Below, one piece after another: positions 24,460-27,186 of a stretch of 27,186 nucleotides of DNA (positions within the stretch are counted from its first letter, which is position 1; each line of letters opens with the position of its first letter). This DNA comes from a virus (Duplodnaviria > Caudoviricetes): the IMG/VR virus record IMGVR_UViG_3300037440_000109, positions 1 through 27,186 of that record; one strand, given 5' to 3'. The notes under the pieces are model-generated. The model made no database searches, was not told the origin of the DNA, and was given only the letters and a program-made list of their open reading frames with translations. A program made the position numbers and the translations under genes.

Positions 24460-25164
24460 CTATTGAGGTACGACCAAAATCACCGCAGGCCCCATCGGAA
24501 TCCTGATGATCTGAGGGCCTTCGATCGGCTTGACGATGACCGGGTAGGGATTGGCTGGCACCGGTACGGACTGAGCGTCTGCTGTAATCGCTATTCCATG
24601 ACAGAACCACGAAGCCTCACTTAGCGAGATGACGGTAGACAGCTCAGGCCATGCCACCGTCTGACGCCTGACGATGACTCCACCGTCCGACAAAGCGCAC
24701 TGGACCTCGACTTGAGTCAAGGCACCCGAAGGGATCTCAGTGTTGTCCGTGTACTGTGTGGGCCATTGGATATCCCACGTGACGTCTACCGCGCCGGATT
24801 CGCTCGCAATCCACTGATAAGCAGCTCCGCTCCCATCGCGACACGGGTCGCCCAGCGTCCACGCACGTCCGGGTGAGATATCCACCGTGCACGTCCGGGC
24901 CTCGTCTACTGAGGTCAGGGTGTCGTAGCGCTTCCAGGTGCACTCGTCACCGTTCCAGTTGCACGTCGCTCCCACAGTCCTTGAGGCGACCAGCGTCTCG
25001 GCTTCCGGGTGTACCAGGGCATAGGCCCTGCACGTCGGGAGTGAACTCCCCGCTGGGGTCGTGTCGATGCACGACTGCACTAGTCCCACGTCGGCGTGTA
25101 GAGGAGCGACAGCGCACACCAGCCCTAGGCAAACGGCAAAACTTGCCGTAAGGCTTAAGCGCAC
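24460..25164 (-). CDS. Signal-peptide, Cys-rich protein with possible fibronectin-III-like C-terminal domain (234 aa)
   Basis: GTG start with GGAG. Signal MRLSLTASFAVCLGLVCAVAPLHA-D, eight Cys in the mature part, and VTW...PTQYTDNTEI resembles FN3-like W..PT.NTDG motifs. Confidence 0.7.
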   Translation of the reverse strand: MRLSLTASFAVCLGLVCAVAPLHADVGLVQSCIDTTPAGSSLPTCRAYALVHPEAETLVASRTVGATCNWNGDECTWKRYDTLTSVDEARTCTVDISPGRAWTLGDPCRDGSGAAYQWIASESGAVDVTWDIQWPTQYTDNTEIPSGALTQVEVQCALSDGGVIVRRQTVAWPELSTVISLSEASWFCHGIAITADAQSVPVPANPYPVIVKPIEGPQIIRIPMGPAVILVVPQ

Positions 25165-25210
25165 GCTATCGCTCCAAGGTTTTGGCTTGGCGATTCATGA
25201 GGCTCCAATG

Positions 25211-25237
25211 AAAAAGGCCACGGTGGGGCGTGGCCTT
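25211..25237 (-). terminator. Intrinsic terminator (tR'-like) between the Q-like gene and the late operon
   Basis: Minus strand AAGGCCACG-cccca c-CGTGGCC-TTTTT. Confidence 0.75.
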
Positions 25238-25241
25238 GGGG

Positions 25242-25685
25242 TTACGGACTTGTCGCGACTACCGCAGAGGCAGTGACGCAAGCATGAGTAGATTCGCGGT
25301 CCTTGCGAGCATTGTCAAGCTCTCGCAAGCAAATATTTGTCGTCCGCTCGGCAAGCCCGAGCAATCCCTCATACGTCGAATTGCTGACGCCTACCGCCTG
25401 TGCTCGCTGGTAGTCCCTGATTGCATACCCTAGGTGATTGCGGTCCCAGCAGTAGTGCAAGATCAGAATATGCCGGAGCTCGGCTATCAACTGCCCAACT
25501 GCAACGTCAACCTTCCTAACCCTTGCTGGTGAATCGATCAGTATCCGATGCCCGGCCTGCATAGTCCCATACAAGCTCAGCACCGAATTGGCACCCGGCC
25601 ATCCGAACTCGTGATCGGATCGCAGAATGTACCAGTTACCCCAATGCACCAGGGCTGCTCGAACATCTCGACTCCCGCGTCTCAA
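25242..25685 (-). CDS. Antitermination protein Q-like late regulator (147 aa)
   Basis: TTG start overlapping the upstream TGA. N-terminal LVHWGNW, VDVAVGQL...ILILHY and HTH-like RAQAVGVSNSTY. It is the last gene before the late operon. Confidence 0.65.
   Translation of the reverse strand: MRRGSRDVRAALVHWGNWYILRSDHEFGWPGANSVLSLYGTMQAGHRILIDSPARVRKVDVAVGQLIAELRHILILHYCWDRNHLGYAIRDYQRAQAVGVSNSTYEGLLGLAERTTNICLRELDNARKDRESTHACVTASAVVATSP
25290..25318 (-). promoter_or_regulatory. Possible pR'-like late promoter
   Basis: Perfect TTGACA at 25318-25313, in the position expected between a Q gene and its terminator. The -10 at 17-nt spacing (GAATCT) is poor. Confidence 0.3.
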
Positions 25686-25903
25686 GCTAAAACCTCCGCT
25701 ATTGCGGCATCCGCAAATACACGAACCTTGCGCCATACGCCCAAAGAGTCCATGGCCAACCCTCGTTCTGCCATTCCTAGGCGGTCCAAACAGACGCGAT
25801 CGGTCCATGGGCCGTACCGATGCTTATCGAACGTGGAGACGGCGCCAAAATACTCACCGCAGGCACGGCACAGACATCGCTTTGAACCATGGGCCAGTTT
25901 CAT
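25682..25903 (-). CDS. FDxHR-type putative zinc-binding phage protein (73 aa)
   Basis: CLCRACGEYFGAVSTFDKHR...RVCL...G.W. AGGGGG precedes ATG at 25903. Confidence 0.75.
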   Translation of the reverse strand: MKLAHGSKRCLCRACGEYFGAVSTFDKHRYGPWTDRVCLDRLGMAERGLAMDSLGVWRKVRVFADAAIAEVLA

Positions 25904-25925
25904 CGGTACAATCCCCCTATAAAAA

Positions 25926-26012
25926 TCGGACCCAGGCGGTTGATCTACGGTTCGAGGGCCGCGTGGTATCAATCACTGAGCGCACTCGATTTCCGAATCC
26001 GCCTGGGTCCGA
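25926..26012. ncRNA. Candidate structured RNA element (87 nt) closed by a perfect 14-bp inverted repeat
   Basis: TCGGACCCAGGCGG (25926-25939) pairs with CCGCCTGGGTCCGA (25999-26012). Inner stems CGG/CCG, TCGAG/CTCGA and CGC/GCG. Followed by TTTTT on the minus strand. Confidence 0.5.
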
Positions 26013-26022
26013 AAAGGCTTGT

Positions 26023-26196
26023 TCACTTGATGGGCTCCGCAGGACGCTTGAAAAGCAAGTGCGTGAAGTGCTGTCCGTACGATGTAACCTCGGTCCACGA
26101 ACACACCGCCTCCCAACCTTCGTCACCGGCCTCGAACAGCGCAGTTCGACCGGCGTCACTGTCGGGCGCGAGCACCATGTATTCCCATTTCTGCAT
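26023..26196 (-). CDS. DUF4177-like small protein (57 aa)
   Basis: MQKWEY...GDEGWEAV...LLFKRP signature. TGATG coupling with the upstream ORF. Confidence 0.75.
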   Translation of the reverse strand: MQKWEYMVLAPDSDAGRTALFEAGDEGWEAVCSWTEVTSYGQHFTHLLFKRPAEPIK

Positions 26197-26306
26197 CAGA
26201 GCGACACTCCGTGCGCGTCGTACGTCAATGCGAACGTCGCCATACCGGCAAGTAGGATCAGTACCCAGATCAACCAGACTTTGCCGGCAGAGGATGTGCG
26301 TCTCAC
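26196..26306 (-). CDS. Small membrane protein (36 aa), absent from the ORF track
   Basis: MRRTSSAGKVWLIWVLILLAGMATFALTYDAHGVSL, with GTGA and TGATG overlaps on both sides. Confidence 0.55.
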   Translation of the reverse strand: MRRTSSAGKVWLIWVLILLAGMATFALTYDAHGVSL

Positions 26307-26629
26307 GCGGTGAATTCCTCAAGCTTTTTCTGAATCGTCTTCAGCGCCTTCTCGCTCATCTTGCGATCGGTCATGTATCCGTCCAGCCACGCCTTTAGAA
26401 TTGCGGCCTTGTCTGTCGACGCGATCGAGTATGTAAACGTCGGATACCAATGGGCGTGACAAGTGCACGGCCAGTGATAGCAGCCGTAGCAGTACCCGCC
26501 ACCAAGCGGCGTGATGCTCCCAATCTGAAATCCGCCGCCGCTTATGCTCGTCATCGCGTTGGTAGCTCCCCCACCGCCGTATACCTGTAGTGCATTGGCG
26601 CTCGCTTGAACTGTCATCGCTGTATTCAT
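26303..26629 (-). CDS. Hypothetical protein with CxxCxxxPCxC motif (108 aa)
   Basis: GGAG upstream, ATGA overlap, and the sequence CYGCYHWPCTCH. Confidence 0.65.
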   Translation of the reverse strand: MNTAMTVQASANALQVYGGGGATNAMTSISGGGFQIGSITPLGGGYCYGCYHWPCTCHAHWYPTFTYSIASTDKAAILKAWLDGYMTDRKMSEKALKTIQKKLEEFTA

Positions 26630-26757
26630 GTCTCGTTCTCCAGTTGGGTCCTGCTCTGCTCCATCTTCCAGTCGGCCTCGGCCTCAGCGGCGGCTTCGCA
26701 CGCAGCTCGATAGCGAAACCCTTGTCGGTAGAAGTACGCGGTCAAAAGCCATCTCAT
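26626..26757 (-). CDS. Small hypothetical protein (43 aa), absent from the ORF track
   Basis: MRWLLTAYFYRQGFRYRAACEAAAEAEADWKMEQSRTQLENET. ATGA overlaps at both ends and GGAGAAGGA upstream. Confidence 0.6.
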   Translation of the reverse strand: MRWLLTAYFYRQGFRYRAACEAAAEAEADWKMEQSRTQLENET

Positions 26758-27014
26758 GTGTCCTTCTCCGTTCGCCCCGCGAATCCATCCAGCACGTCGT
26801 TCAGCACGTCTTCAGCTTCCCAGCCCTTGTCGATGGCAACCTCTTGCGGATTCAGCGTGGCGTGTAAGCTCCGAATGCTGTGCTCGTATTCGGCGACTCG
26901 CTCGCGGAGGCGCTCGAGCTCGTCGGCTGTTTCTTTGAGTCGGGCCGCCATGCTCGATCCGTAGACGCCGTACTTGTCTTTTTGCAGCTCGCGCAGCCAT
27001 GCGACGTTGTCCAT
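26754..27014 (-). CDS. Hypothetical protein with coiled coil (86 aa)
   Basis: ATG abuts the ninB stop. ADELERLRERV helix is common in small early phage proteins. Confidence 0.65.
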   Translation of the reverse strand: MDNVAWLRELQKDKYGVYGSSMAARLKETADELERLRERVAEYEHSIRSLHATLNPQEVAIDKGWEAEDVLNDVLDGFAGRTEKDT

Positions 27015-27185
27015 TTATGCGGCCTCTTCCTTCTTCGGCTCAGTCCACACAACCCCGCGCTCGGCCCCGAATGCGTAAATCAGCTCAATCAGCTCAGCCA
27101 AGTCCCGCTTGTTCATCACGCTCGTGTGCGCACCGAGCACGACGAATCCGCCGTCAATACCGGGAATGGCGCGCTGCTTTTTCAA
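27015..27185 (-). CDS. ninB: NinB/Orf-family recombination protein, C-terminal fragment (5' end outside the window)
   Basis: Hand translation gives LKKQRAIPGIDGGFVVLGAHTSVMNKRDLAELIELIYAFGAERGVVWTE, matching the lambda NinB pattern GFVVxGxxTSxM...ELxELIxAFGxERGVxW. Confidence 0.85.
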   Translation of the reverse strand: MKKQRAIPGIDGGFVVLGAHTSVMNKRDLAELIELIYAFGAERGVVWTEPKKEEAA

Positions 27186-27186
27186 T

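Noticed and set aside
25686-25972. Longer track starts for the Q-like ORF (25808) and the zinc-binding ORF (25972)
   Set aside because: They overlap other features. Starts at 25685 (coupled) and 25903 (SD-led) fit better.
25926-26012. Possible tRNA gene
   Set aside because: No T-loop GTTCRA in the right context, no D-arm and no 7-bp acceptor geometry. The closing stem is 14 bp.

Overview
This window is part of a tailed phage or prophage genome with P22-like (podovirus) morphogenesis genes, read almost entirely on the minus strand. From right to left: (1) the end of a nin-like early region (NinB C-terminus, small ORFs, a DUF4177-like protein, an FDxHR zinc-binding protein and a structured intergenic hairpin); (2) a Q-like late regulator followed by a tR'-like terminator; (3) an unusual ~5.2 kb block before the terminase, with two signal-peptide proteins (one Cys-rich, one with Pro/acidic linkers and a beta-helix), a 20-aa-repeat fibre-like protein and three small proteins; (4) TerS, TerL, portal, scaffold, coat, two capsid-associated proteins, an inserted HNH-type endonuclease, gp4- and gp10-like tail proteins, a needle/fibre candidate, a cupin and three ejection proteins; (5) an antisense membrane-protein gene with its own, apparently leaderless, promoter; (6) two paralogous tail receptor-binding proteins; (7) a lysis region with a DUF5675-like enzyme, a dual-start holin candidate, four single-pass coiled-coil proteins and an ATT-initiated ORF. 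All family assignments come from motif recall and gene order, not database searches.
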